Shown piece after piece: positions 1 through 9,710 of a DNA stretch of 64,000 bases. Made by a program: the position numbers and the translations under genes. Position 1 is the first letter of the stretch; each line of letters opens with the position of its first letter. Source of the stretch: Candidatus Latescibacterota bacterium (lineage in GTDB: Bacteria; Latescibacterota; UBA2968; GCA-2709665); the NCBI GenBank assembly GCA_963667175.2, contig CAXXXF010000015.1, forward strand, positions 1 through 64,000, given 5' to 3'. The notes under the pieces were generated by a model that was not told the origin of the DNA, did no database searches, and saw only the letters and a list, made by a program, of their open reading frames with translations.

Positions 1-130
1 TCCTCCTTCCATATGATTGATTTCACGCAGACTTTCGAAAAGGGATGTCGCGATCTTCTGCAGGTGTGGAATGTAGGGTTCACACACCTGTAAGTATTCA
101 CCTTTCAATTGTACCCCACCAGCGGTTTTC

Positions 131-439
131 GTTGGGATATCACTGCTGTCCAAGAACCGTCGGATTCCCAGAGATAAGGTTCGAAAAATGGCTACAATAG
201 GCGATTTTGGACGGGTTTGACCCGGATAATGAAAACCAGGTTTGCCATCGTCTGCGCAATGCTGTCCAAGAACAAGGTGACGTTTCCAGCGGCCATAATT
301 GTGCTGTTTCCGTCTCAATAAGCCCGTGAAATAAGCACTTTGTGAATCTCAGGCAATCTTGGTCGAGGGATTGCTTCGCGGAAGTGAACCAGATGCTGTC
401 CAAGACTGAAACCGATTTTGGACAGGTGTGTTGGGATAT
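131..439. repeat. Degenerate MITE-like repeat cluster bounded by a 10-bp direct repeat
   Basis: GTTGGGATAT at 131-140 and 430-439; TGCTGTCCAAGA at 144, 260 and 394; complementary CGATTTTGGAC at 202 and 413. Confidence 0.5.
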
Positions 440-619
440 GAATATGGACTTCTACGCCACCGCCCGCACCTGATTTCTATTTCCAAAGTCCTGTATGCGT
501 TAACCGTCCGTGGAGAGCGGTTTGCCGCGCGTCATGCGCCTGCGTAGCGTTAGAGTCTTACAGTAAGACTTCAACGCAGAATGTGTGCATGTATATTAAT
601 GCAGATTGCTCACATTACC

Positions 620-765
620 GCGTTGGAATCCCCCCACCGCATCAGCCGTCGCCTGACGGCTCGGCTTCTGCCTGCCTGCCGCCTGCCTGCGCCGCTGCGC
701 TTCCCGCGGCAGGCAGGCGCTCCGCTTGGCGCAGGCAGGCGACTCCCCCTCAAGGGGGGAGTGAT
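620..765. repeat. Composite REP-like palindromic element
   Basis: Nested CCTGCCTGC/GCAGGCAGG inverted repeats plus ACTCCCCCTCAAGGGGGGAGT palindrome; intergenic. Confidence 0.65.
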
Positions 766-945
766 TGCGCCGTCCAACGGGCTTAGACGTTCACCTCCAC
801 CTATTTGGTTGCGTCTGAATACAACGAAGCCGCGCTAGGGTTGCACAAAAGGCGAGCTCGAATTTTCCCTCACGTGTCGCCATTGGCACGGATTTGCGAT
901 ATTTCCCCTGCCTTTTTTGTTCCAAAACCAAATAAGGAGCCACTC

Positions 946-3348
946 ATGCGCCCCGAGATTCTGACGAACCGAAAGCGGACGTCCGTGCCCGCCAGGGAAA
1001 CCCCGCTCAGCCGGAGATATAAACGCATCCTGGAGAACTGGGCGCCGATAGGCCTGAACTATTTCGAAGACTGGCCGGAGCGGCCCAACTGCGGGCATTT
1101 CTTCGGCGGGGCCCACTGGTACGGCAGCGACACGGCCTCGCCGATCTTCGTGTTTGCAGCGCTTGCGAATTCGCCCGAATACGATTCGAAGCGGACGGGA
1201 TGCTCGAAAGAAGAACTGAGCGAACTCGCGCTGAAGGGCATCCGCTACCTCTGCTTTACCCACGACACGGGTCCGGCCGAGTGTATTCGACCCGAAAAGA
1301 GCCTTGGCAATCCCCGGACCTGGGGGACGAAGTGGGGTGAACGCGGGCGGGGCTTCTTCCCCGAGAGCCAGTGCGGCACGAACGTTGCCGACATTGCCCT
1401 GACCGCCCTGATGCTCGGCAACCTGGTCGACGACGAGACCTGGGGCATGATCGCGCGCATGCACGAAGACTATGCCGAGCGGTTCGGCGCTATGGACCCG
1501 AAGAGCGGCGTTTACACCAATACCCAGATGGAAGAAAACGGCTGGACGTCCTGCGGCCTGGCTTCGGTTGAATGTTTCCTCAGCAACTCGCCCAACGTCA
1601 AAACCTGGGCCGAAACGGCCCGCAGGTGGATGTTTTCGACAACCACCACCCAACAGGACACGAAGAATCTCGCGCCCTTCTCAGACGGGAAGACGGTCAG
1701 GGAACTGACCGGCCAGACGTTCGTCGCACTGCCCGACTACATGGCCGAGAACCACGGCATGGTGCATCCCAGCTACACCGGCAGTTCGGTTATGTTCACC
1801 GGGCGGCTCGGTATCATCTACGGAACGTTCGGAGCGAAGGTTCCGGAACACGCCCTGTTCAACCGGAGGGAAATCTACGACCAGCTCAAACGTACGACGG
1901 ACCGGACCGGCTCGATGCATCCCGTGCAGGGCATGGACTGGCCGTATATCCCGCCCGATTCCGGAACGCTGACCCACGCGACGGCCGCACTGCTCCTCGA
2001 CGATCCGGACGGGGCCTATTTTGAGCGCCGGGCACTCGAAACGCTGGAACAGCGCGCCGAAAGCACAGGCGGACGAATGCACGACCGGCAGATTGCCGAG
2101 ACCGTGCACGGACCGCAGGACCCGCTGATCATTCGGGAACACAACATCGTCAATCCCGCCCACACCTATTTCCTCCACAGGATCTTCGGTGACGGCCCCG
2201 AACCGACGTACGGGGCGGCGGTCGAACGCAAGCTGAGGGGCGTCAAGGTCTATCCCCACTCCGGCTTTGTCTTCCTCCGGCACCGGACCGGTCAGTCTTC
2301 ACTTTCCTGGCGCAACGACATCATGGCGCTGCCGTTGAACAGGGACGGCATCTACACCGTCGCACCGGCGTCAAATTCATATCTGGCCAGCATTGACGTT
2401 CAGGACAGGCCCGACAGCCACGACCTGATCTCGGTTCGCGTGGACGAACACCAGGAAAGCTTCGCCGCCGCCATGGTCCTGGACCGCGCCCAGCGATCGG
2501 TGCGGCAGGAAGTGCTCTTCGCAGGGCTGCCCTCCGGGATTTCGCTTTCCTGCGAACGGCTCACCGCCAGAGAGAAAATTACAGTTCAGAGCGTAGACCA
2601 GGGCTTCCTTCGCATCGTCAACGAAGACTTCAAAGCCTTGAAAGGCAACTGCAACGGATTCCGTACCGTTCACACTCCGGACGGATCGGATCGCTTCAGG
2701 AGTTACGTCACCGCCGACCCGGAAAGCGACGTCGTCAAGACCTACGAACATCCGGCATGGATCAACGTCGACAATCGGCTGGGATTCGTCTATGAGAGTA
2801 CCGGGAAGACCGTGTACCACAATCGGCACTTTTACGAGGTCTGGCGCGCCGTGGCGGACGACCTCACCCTCAGCCGGGTCGACGGACCGGTCCGGGCAGG
2901 CTCCGGCAAGACCATTTCCGAACTCACCGCGCTCATCGCTCCGGACCGCACGTCTCGAAAAACGGCCGGTCTCGACCTTGTCGTCATGAAGACACGGCTG
3001 CCAGCGGCGGGTCTTCTGGCCGACGGTCATCTGGCCGTGGCGAACTTCGGCGAGAGCGCCGGTTTGATCTCCTTTTCTGCGTCGCGCTCCGAACTCTGCG
3101 AGATTCCCATCTTCGGTGGCGTTACCCGCGTGGACGAAGTTGGTGTCGCGTATTCGCGAGACCTCGGCGCCGGCGAGGCCCTGCTTCAGAAGGCCATCCT
3201 GAACGTTGAAACGAACGGATCGTTTGAGATCAACGCCGCGGAAACCGGGGAGGTCTGGGCGAGAAACACCGGCGACGCCCCGGCAGCGCTGGCGCACAAC
3301 GGTGCGGAGACCCTGGCGCCGCAGGGGGCGATCGTCGCCCTGGCGTAA
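946..3348 (+). CDS. Hypothetical ~800 aa protein, possibly polysaccharide lyase-like (helical toroid plus beta-sandwich)
   Basis: Long ORF, AAGGAG RBS before ATG 946, host-like codon usage; ENHGMVHPSY motif; fold is inference. Confidence 0.8.
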   Translation: MRPEILTNRKRTSVPARETPLSRRYKRILENWAPIGLNYFEDWPERPNCGHFFGGAHWYGSDTASPIFVFAALANSPEYDSKRTGCSKEELSELALKGIRYLCFTHDTGPAECIRPEKSLGNPRTWGTKWGERGRGFFPESQCGTNVADIALTALMLGNLVDDETWGMIARMHEDYAERFGAMDPKSGVYTNTQMEENGWTSCGLASVECFLSNSPNVKTWAETARRWMFSTTTTQQDTKNLAPFSDGKTVRELTGQTFVALPDYMAENHGMVHPSYTGSSVMFTGRLGIIYGTFGAKVPEHALFNRREIYDQLKRTTDRTGSMHPVQGMDWPYIPPDSGTLTHATAALLLDDPDGAYFERRALETLEQRAESTGGRMHDRQIAETVHGPQDPLIIREHNIVNPAHTYFLHRIFGDGPEPTYGAAVERKLRGVKVYPHSGFVFLRHRTGQSSLSWRNDIMALPLNRDGIYTVAPASNSYLASIDVQDRPDSHDLISVRVDEHQESFAAAMVLDRAQRSVRQEVLFAGLPSGISLSCERLTAREKITVQSVDQGFLRIVNEDFKALKGNCNGFRTVHTPDGSDRFRSYVTADPESDVVKTYEHPAWINVDNRLGFVYESTGKTVYHNRHFYEVWRAVADDLTLSRVDGPVRAGSGKTISELTALIAPDRTSRKTAGLDLVVMKTRLPAAGLLADGHLAVANFGESAGLISFSASRSELCEIPIFGGVTRVDEVGVAYSRDLGAGEALLQKAILNVETNGSFEINAAETGEVWARNTGDAPAALAHNGAETLAPQGAIVALA

Positions 3349-3391
3349 CTGTGCCGGGCGCCGACGTTCTGAGGTTGACAGACGGCAAAAA

Positions 3392-3427
3392 CAGAAGAGG
3401 CCGGGGAGACAACTCCGGCCTCTTCTG
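3392..3427. terminator. Hairpin between convergent genes (likely bidirectional terminator)
   Basis: CAGAAGAGGCCGG...CCGGCCTCTTCTG inverted repeat. Confidence 0.7.
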
Positions 3428-3474
3428 CTACACGGCGGAACTGAGCGCGAGTCCGCCGTATCGGGTCATCCAAA

Positions 3475-5508
3475 TCACCATCTCACTCTGAAACGGGTAA
3501 CCGCCAGCGCTTTTCGACCGGTGTGCAGATCCTCTACCACAACTCGAAACGCCCTCGGCCCGGGCGATGCGCCGTCCATATCCACGCGCAGGTCGCGCGG
3601 CTCCCACTCCCGGACGCCCCGGTACGAATACGAGACGGCCGTCGTCCAGTCGGCCGGGGAGCCGCCGCCCTCCGGCAACGACTGCATCTGGTAGCTGACG
3701 CGGTAGTGCGTGCCGCCGGTTTCGTCCCGCGAGAGATTGTAGATTTCAAAATAGAACCAGGCCTGCCCCTCCGCGCGGCACACCTGAAGCGGATTCGGCA
3801 GGATCGCAAACTGCTCCCGGCCGTATGGCGCGTTCTCACGCATCCGGATTCGCCGCGCCATCAGAAGGCTGCTGATCTCCATCGTGTCCCGCCCGAACGC
3901 CCTTACCCGCAACGGCGCCCTGATCGTGCCCACCCGCTTTGTCGCCCGGTCTTCGGCTTCGCCCGCCAGCAAAAATTCCCCCGGATCGAGGACCATGCGT
4001 TCCGAGGCCAGCAGAAAGGCCTCTTCGGTGGATTCGTACTCGACCCGTGGCATTTGCTCCACGCTTATGACGTTGTGCCGAATCGTATCCCACTCGGAAT
4101 CGAATAGAAAAAGCGCCTGCCTGACGTCCACTGCGGCGGTCCCGCGGCTCCCGGATCCCGCGCTCCGCACGTTTTCTTCCGGCAGCGCGTAATACACTTC
4201 GATGCGGGTATTGCCGTCGTCGTGCCGGAACTGGGTAGTCTGGTATGGCGCGTCGTATTGCAGGGGATGCTCGTACAGGTCGGGTACCGCCGCCACCAGT
4301 TGTTCGAGTTTCAACCGTTTGTTTCCCCGGGCGGCCCATCCGAACCGCCAGGAGTCCCAGGTCAGCTTATTGCCGAATACCACCGCAAACGGACCATAGT
4401 CCCATATCTCCTTTCTTCCCCTCGCGGGGTCCTTCATGAACCGGACGCGCGGGTCTCCGTATCGGATGTAAATCTGACCCCTGTCGGTCTGCCAGCCCTC
4501 CCGCCCGAGTGTGGGATCGGAGAACCGCAGGTTCGCGTACGCCACGCGCCGGCACTGTTCCAGCAGGCGTTCGTTGACCGATGTGAGATACATCGGGTCC
4601 TTGCTGAACCAGAACTTGCGGATTGCTTCGTCGCTCGGCGGCGGCTCACCCCGCTCTTTTTCGTCAGAGTCCTGGATCAGAAAAATCGACTGCATAAACC
4701 TGCGCGCCGTATCGGTCATGCGTTTCAGCCCGTCCACGTATGCACGGTACGCCGCTTCCAGGTTGCCCTTCATCTGATAGCCGAGGCCCGCGAAAAAGTG
4801 GGCGTTCCAATTCTCCGGACGCCGCTTTCGATAGGTCTCGAAGAGGTCGATCAGGGGCCCGGGCATCTCGGCCGCATAGTAGGACAGCCCGAGGTACTGG
4901 TGAGAGGGCCAGTGGACGGGGTCCACGCTGATGGCGCGTGAAAGGTACCCGATTCCAGTGTCGATGCCGAGGTCCGGATATTCTACGTGCGTTCGCGTTT
5001 TTCTGGCCTCCAGGGAATATCTGTCGAGCCTTGCTCTGGTATCCTCATCGGGCATCTCCGTAAAATAAGTATACTCCCAGGACCAGACCGCGAATCGCCC
5101 CGCCCAGAACAGCGCCTCCACGTGTTCCGGGTCTATGTCCAGCGCCTCAAGGGCTTTCCGGTACGAGTTTGGACGCTGCAGCCTGCGCCAATACAATTCG
5201 GCGGAGGTTGCCAGATAGTCCGGGTTCTCCCGCTCCCGGATCATCGCGCGCAGCAGCCACGTGTCCGCAGTCTGACGGGATCCCGGCGTGCCCTGCGCCA
5301 TGTAGAACCTCGCCAGGGCATGCATCGCCCTGCCGGACCGGTCATGCCTGAGCGCACGCTTCATCAGGGCTTCCCGCCGGTCCTGTTCGAGTAGCGTATC
5401 TGCCGCCGCGGCAAGCAGCGAGTCCACCTTCGCCGGATCCGATCGCCCAGCCTCAGCGGAGGGAACGCTCCACGCCAGGAGACAAATCGTAATTGCGAGT
5501 CGAACCAT
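3475..5508 (-). CDS. GWxTD domain protein with TPR repeats and signal peptide
   Basis: GWQTDRGQIYIRYGDP motif; N-terminal hydrophobic signal MVRLAITICLLAWS; AAGGAG RBS. Confidence 0.9.
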   Translation of the reverse strand: MVRLAITICLLAWSVPSAEAGRSDPAKVDSLLAAAADTLLEQDRREALMKRALRHDRSGRAMHALARFYMAQGTPGSRQTADTWLLRAMIRERENPDYLATSAELYWRRLQRPNSYRKALEALDIDPEHVEALFWAGRFAVWSWEYTYFTEMPDEDTRARLDRYSLEARKTRTHVEYPDLGIDTGIGYLSRAISVDPVHWPSHQYLGLSYYAAEMPGPLIDLFETYRKRRPENWNAHFFAGLGYQMKGNLEAAYRAYVDGLKRMTDTARRFMQSIFLIQDSDEKERGEPPPSDEAIRKFWFSKDPMYLTSVNERLLEQCRRVAYANLRFSDPTLGREGWQTDRGQIYIRYGDPRVRFMKDPARGRKEIWDYGPFAVVFGNKLTWDSWRFGWAARGNKRLKLEQLVAAVPDLYEHPLQYDAPYQTTQFRHDDGNTRIEVYYALPEENVRSAGSGSRGTAAVDVRQALFLFDSEWDTIRHNVISVEQMPRVEYESTEEAFLLASERMVLDPGEFLLAGEAEDRATKRVGTIRAPLRVRAFGRDTMEISSLLMARRIRMRENAPYGREQFAILPNPLQVCRAEGQAWFYFEIYNLSRDETGGTHYRVSYQMQSLPEGGGSPADWTTAVSYSYRGVREWEPRDLRVDMDGASPGPRAFRVVVEDLHTGRKALAVTRFRVRW

Positions 5509-5742
5509 AAACGGATCTCCTTGCTCCCCGCAATCAGGCCGTGCAGGTTTGTGGCTTCTTTCAAGGAAAACACCCAAATCCGGACGGAACACAGGACGGT
5601 GTTGCACGTCGCAATGCCCGTGATGCGTCTCTTCCCTTTCGTAAGACACATTCCGGAGGGTTCTGGTTCAGATTATCTAATCGCAATCTGGCACTCTTTC
5701 ACAGGAATGGGGCGCCTTGAGGCATGACGTCATCGGCCAAAA

Positions 5743-5773
5743 CAAAGAAGGGTCCTGAACGGACCCTTCTTTG
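5743..5773. terminator. Intrinsic terminator hairpin
   Basis: CAAAGAAGGGTCC-TGAAC-GGACCCTTCTTTG, downstream of the 5838-6356 gene. Confidence 0.7.
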
Positions 5774-5837
5774 GGGATATATATAAGCTACTATTTATTA
5801 ATATTTTATATCCTTTTCCCCGTTTGACAAAAGGCGG

Positions 5838-6356
5838 CTAGAACTGAATCTGCCGTCCTGCAAGATTGCTCAGCATCAGCTGAAACTCTTCCATGCGTCT
5901 GTTGCCTCTGAAAATCAGAAGATTCACGCCTTCGATTCCTTCCGTCGTCGGGAGGTCGATCTGGTCGAGGAAGGTGAGAAACGCCTCGTGGAAGGTGGTC
6001 AGCCCCTGCTCGTAACTACCGTGAATCCTCCGCAATTCGCTATCGTCCGGCCGGATGCCCCGCACCTGTATCTGAAGCGTTTCCAGGCGGGCAATCAGGT
6101 TGGACATGAACTGCCGTGTCCAGTACCGGGAAACCACGCCGCCCGACCACCCCTGTGTGATGGAGCCGAACTCGGCGTTCATCACATTCACGGTTTCATA
6201 GGTTCGCGAGACGTCCACGAGATACGCATTGAAGTCCGTGGCGGCAACCGATACCATCGCACCCGAAGGATACGGTGACGGTTCGACCACACCGACGGGA
6301 TCCGATGATCCGCAGCCTGTGCAAACGATCAGCAGCATTCCCAGGCATCGTTTCAT
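5838..6356 (-). CDS. Hypothetical lipoprotein
   Basis: MKRCLGMLLIVCTGC lipobox-like signal followed by a helical domain. Confidence 0.7.
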   Translation of the reverse strand: MKRCLGMLLIVCTGCGSSDPVGVVEPSPYPSGAMVSVAATDFNAYLVDVSRTYETVNVMNAEFGSITQGWSGGVVSRYWTRQFMSNLIARLETLQIQVRGIRPDDSELRRIHGSYEQGLTTFHEAFLTFLDQIDLPTTEGIEGVNLLIFRGNRRMEEFQLMLSNLAGRQIQF

Positions 6357-6610
6357 TGTCGTTGTCCCCAGACCCGGCCGGCCGCCGCACATCCAGTGCA
6401 AATGGAACGGAGTACACTAACCTCAATCCGAAAAAAACAGCAACTCGGCGACGCGACAATACCCTCCGAATCGGGGCGTTATCGACGTAAAGAAGGACGT
6501 TTTTTCCTTCACGTCCAGTGACGTGGTGTATCCTGGTAATCCGCCGTCTAATCGCCTTTATTTACAATCACATATTCGAATTAACGTCCCCGAAGACTTA
6601 CGAATCAAGG

Positions 6611-7534
6611 CTAATGGTTGGTAGCGCTGCTCAACGTTTTGCGATAGTGGGCGCGCCGGACGACGACCTTAAAACCCAGCCGGTGATACAGGCGAACGGC
6701 CGATTCCAGCGTTTCGCTGGTATTCAGAGTGGCTTCCCCGTACCCAAGTGCTTTCAACCTGTGCAACGCCCGCACGTTTAACACCCGGCCCAACCCTTTC
6801 TTCCGGTGTCCCGGTACTACCGCCACCCAGTGAATCAGTCCGACTTCCCTGCCTCGATACATCGCTGACCAGGCCGTGGTCGTTCCTACAGGTTCTCCGT
6901 TACAGACTGCGAACAGGACTCTCTCCGGACTGAAATATGGCGAGTCCAGGTATTCCTTTTCAAAGTCCGCAACCGTCCACTCCCGTCCGCCGACGTTTTC
7001 GCTCAGAAAGGCCGCATTCTTGATCCGTACGAATGCCGCATCGTCTCCGGTCTCGTAGGTCCTGATCCGGTACCCCGCCGGCGGTTTCGCCTCAGGCAGG
7101 TGCTTGAGCTCACGCCACATTCTCAGGCTGGCGCCGAATTCGGGCTTCCAGCCCGCCCATTCGAGCAGTCCCGCCGCCGCCAGATTATCGTTGGAAACGA
7201 CCGAGGCCGTCTGCAGCATATGACAACCGCTCCTCCGGGCAACCGCTTCCGCTTTCGCCAACAGCCGCCGGCCCAGCCCCGAACGACGGCGCTCGGGAAT
7301 TACCCCGAGGAATTGCAGCGCCGCTTTCCGTTCTCCTCCCGTGAACGACATCACGCATATGCCTGCCGGCGCGGACCCGTCGAACGCCAGCACAATTTCG
7401 TCGCTCCGCAGGTTTTCAAGCGTCTCCGTGGCCGGCGGCGTTAGTTCGCCTCCACCCTCGGCACATCGCGCCATCAGGTCCGCGAGATCCTGATTTGAAA
7501 GAGATCCGTCGCGCAAACGGAGCGATGCGCTCAC
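6611..7534 (-). CDS. Tandem GNAT N-acetyltransferase (MshD-like architecture)
   Basis: Two acetyl-CoA motifs (GVIPERRRSGLG, AVVPGHRKKGLG); GTG start overlaps the upstream stop (GTGA). Confidence 0.85.
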   Translation of the reverse strand: MSASLRLRDGSLSNQDLADLMARCAEGGGELTPPATETLENLRSDEIVLAFDGSAPAGICVMSFTGGERKAALQFLGVIPERRRSGLGRRLLAKAEAVARRSGCHMLQTASVVSNDNLAAAGLLEWAGWKPEFGASLRMWRELKHLPEAKPPAGYRIRTYETGDDAAFVRIKNAAFLSENVGGREWTVADFEKEYLDSPYFSPERVLFAVCNGEPVGTTTAWSAMYRGREVGLIHWVAVVPGHRKKGLGRVLNVRALHRLKALGYGEATLNTSETLESAVRLYHRLGFKVVVRRAHYRKTLSSATNH

Positions 7535-8319
7535 GAGAGTTTGCCTTCCACATGGTCCAGAAACGCGGGATTGCCAGACGTCACGCCCCCGTCGGCCACG
7601 ACAACCGAGCCGGTAACGAATGACGCCTCCTCCGAGGCGAGAAAGAGCGCAACGTTCGCGATCTCCTCGGGTCTGCCCACGCGTTTGAGGGGATAAACCT
7701 CTGCGATACGTTCGAAAATCCGAGGGTCTTTTTCGAGTACGTGCTGCCACCCTTCCGTGATGACGGTACCGGGGCAGATTGCATTTACCCGCACGCCATC
7801 CGGGCCGTAATCCACCGCCGTTGTTCTGGTGAGCGAAATGACGCCCGCCTTTGCCGCGCTGTACGCGGCCTCGCCAAACGACATCAGTGCGTTGACGGAC
7901 GAAATATTCACGATCGACCCGCCTCCGCGAAGGATCATCCGCGGAAGCGCCGCACGGCTGCACAGGTAGGCGCTCTTCAGACATCCCTCGATATTCCGGT
8001 CCCACAGTTCCGGATCGATGTCCGGGACATGGGTACCATGGCAATAATAGGCATTGTTCACCAGAATATCGAGGCCGCCGAATTCTTCCAGGGCCACATC
8101 CAGCGCCCGGTTGACATCCGTTTCGTCCGTAGCGCTGCCGACTACGAGCGCCGCCTCTCCGCCCGCCCCGCGGATCGACTCGACCACGGCCTCCCCGCGT
8201 CCCTCATCGAGTTCCAGCACAACCACGTTCGCGCCTTCCTTCGCGAACCGGATGGACACCGCCTTGCCGATGCCGGCGCCTCCGCCCGTAATCCACGCGA
8301 CCTTTCCTTCTAACCGCAT
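7531..8319 (-). CDS. SDR family oxidoreductase
   Basis: TGGGAGIG, NNA, YSAAK motifs. Confidence 0.95.
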   Translation of the reverse strand: MRLEGKVAWITGGGAGIGKAVSIRFAKEGANVVVLELDEGRGEAVVESIRGAGGEAALVVGSATDETDVNRALDVALEEFGGLDILVNNAYYCHGTHVPDIDPELWDRNIEGCLKSAYLCSRAALPRMILRGGGSIVNISSVNALMSFGEAAYSAAKAGVISLTRTTAVDYGPDGVRVNAICPGTVITEGWQHVLEKDPRIFERIAEVYPLKRVGRPEEIANVALFLASEEASFVTGSVVVADGGVTSGNPAFLDHVEGKLS

Positions 8320-8477
8320 CGAAACCCTCTCTAACGTCGTCCGATCGCAATTACAATTGAGTCAGCGTCTACGTTGCCAAATAATAATAGCTTACAGACC
8401 GAATAAAATATACACCAGCCGCAGGTTCATGTCAACGAACGTCGCACGACTTCGGACTTCGGCGACAGGGCGCCGAA

Positions 8478-8855
8478 TTATGCGCGTCGAATCCTGGGCG
8501 CGATTTTCGAGCAGTACGTCTTGCGTCGGCCCGCCCGGATTTCGAGAACGTCCGCAAGCGCCGTCTCCGCCGCGCGGACCAGGTCTGCGGTATCGAGTCC
8601 TCTGTGTCCGGGTGTGAACGCCGACAGCTTTCGGATCCCCCTGGTCAGCAAGTGTTCGGCGCCGGCGTAATTCTGGCATGTCAAGTGATAGTAGCCGACG
8701 GCCACCTGGATCATGCCCTGGAAAAAGGGTCTTTCGGGGCCCCGCACGTCCATCCAGACGTCCTCCCACGTGTCGTGAGCCGCATAGAAGTCGCCGTCAT
8801 TGAACTCGCGGATGCCCCGCTCGAATCTCTCGCTGATATCGGATATCGGATCCAC
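8478..8855 (-). CDS. DUF309 domain protein
   Basis: FNDGDFYAAHDTWEDVW and QGMIQVAVGYYH motifs; start uncertain (8855 or 8894). Confidence 0.85.
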   Translation of the reverse strand: MDPISDISERFERGIREFNDGDFYAAHDTWEDVWMDVRGPERPFFQGMIQVAVGYYHLTCQNYAGAEHLLTRGIRKLSAFTPGHRGLDTADLVRAAETALADVLEIRAGRRKTYCSKIAPRIRRA

Positions 8856-8934
8856 GGTACCTGACCTGCGTCTAGATGAAAAAAAACGAACCATGGCTCG
8901 ATGCCGGCTTGCGACACGTCCCGCTGGTCCTGTC

Positions 8935-8963
8935 GTAGGGGCAGGTTTGAAACCTGCCCCTAC
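8935..8963. repeat. GTAG-type REP palindrome
   Basis: GTAGGGGCAGGTTT-G-AAACCTGCCCCTAC perfect inverted repeat. Confidence 0.85.
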
Positions 8964-9094
8964 ATCCCGATCTTCACGGACGTCGTGCGACATGGGCAAT
9001 TGCTTCCCGATCGGCGCCTCCGGTACGGCTAAGAAAAATAAACGGCGGGCGCCAATCCACAGGAGCCCGCCTTCGACGAATCTCAATGTCCATC

Positions 9095-9610
9095 CTACTG
9101 GCCTTGTCCCTTGTAGATGCCCCTCCGCCTGACGTACCCATCCGTATTCTTCCTGAAATGCAGGATTTCTTCATCCGTCAGGTCCCGCCTCACTCTGGCC
9201 GGCACGCCCGCGGCCAGCGTCCGGGACGGGATTTCCATACCCTCCAGCACCAGCGCGTTTGCCGCGACGAGCGCCTCCTCGCCGACCCGGGCATGATTCA
9301 ACACCGTCGCGCCCATCCCGATGGTCGCCCGGCGGTCCACGGTACAGCCGTGTAGAATCGCGTTGTGCCCGACCGTAACGTACTCGCCCACGGTGCAGGG
9401 GCATCCGGGATCGGTATGCAGGACCGCTCCGTCCTGGATGTTGGACCCTTTGCCGATACGGATCGGTTCCTCGTCGCCGCGCAACACGGCGTTGAACCAG
9501 ATGCTCGCCTCCGCCGAGACGCACACCTCTCCGACAAGTATCGCTCCTTCAGCGAGAAACGCGGAATCGTCAATCGCCGGTGAACTATCCTGAAAATGAA
9601 GAACTCTCAA
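9095..9610 (-). CDS. Gamma carbonic anhydrase family protein (YrdA/PaaY-like)
   Basis: Hexapeptide repeats, IWFNAVLRGD, SNIQDG, GHNAILHGC. Confidence 0.92.
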   Translation of the reverse strand: MRVLHFQDSSPAIDDSAFLAEGAILVGEVCVSAEASIWFNAVLRGDEEPIRIGKGSNIQDGAVLHTDPGCPCTVGEYVTVGHNAILHGCTVDRRATIGMGATVLNHARVGEEALVAANALVLEGMEIPSRTLAAGVPARVRRDLTDEEILHFRKNTDGYVRRRGIYKGQGQ

Positions 9611-9710
9611 TTCATCCTCACCGCAACGAGGCAACCGGATTCAAGACGTCCGCAACCAGAGTCGTCGTGGATAAGCCATAGGAGATGAGCGACCCTGGCG
9701 CAATGTCAGC

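Noticed and set aside
144-423. Possible CRISPR array from the recurring TGCTGTCCAAGA
   Set aside because: The repeat is only 12-14 bp, spacing is 116 and 134 bp, and no cas genes are present
7535-8044. N-terminal 170-aa extension of the GNAT ORF
   Set aside because: It overlaps the SDR gene in another frame; the true start is probably GTG at 7534
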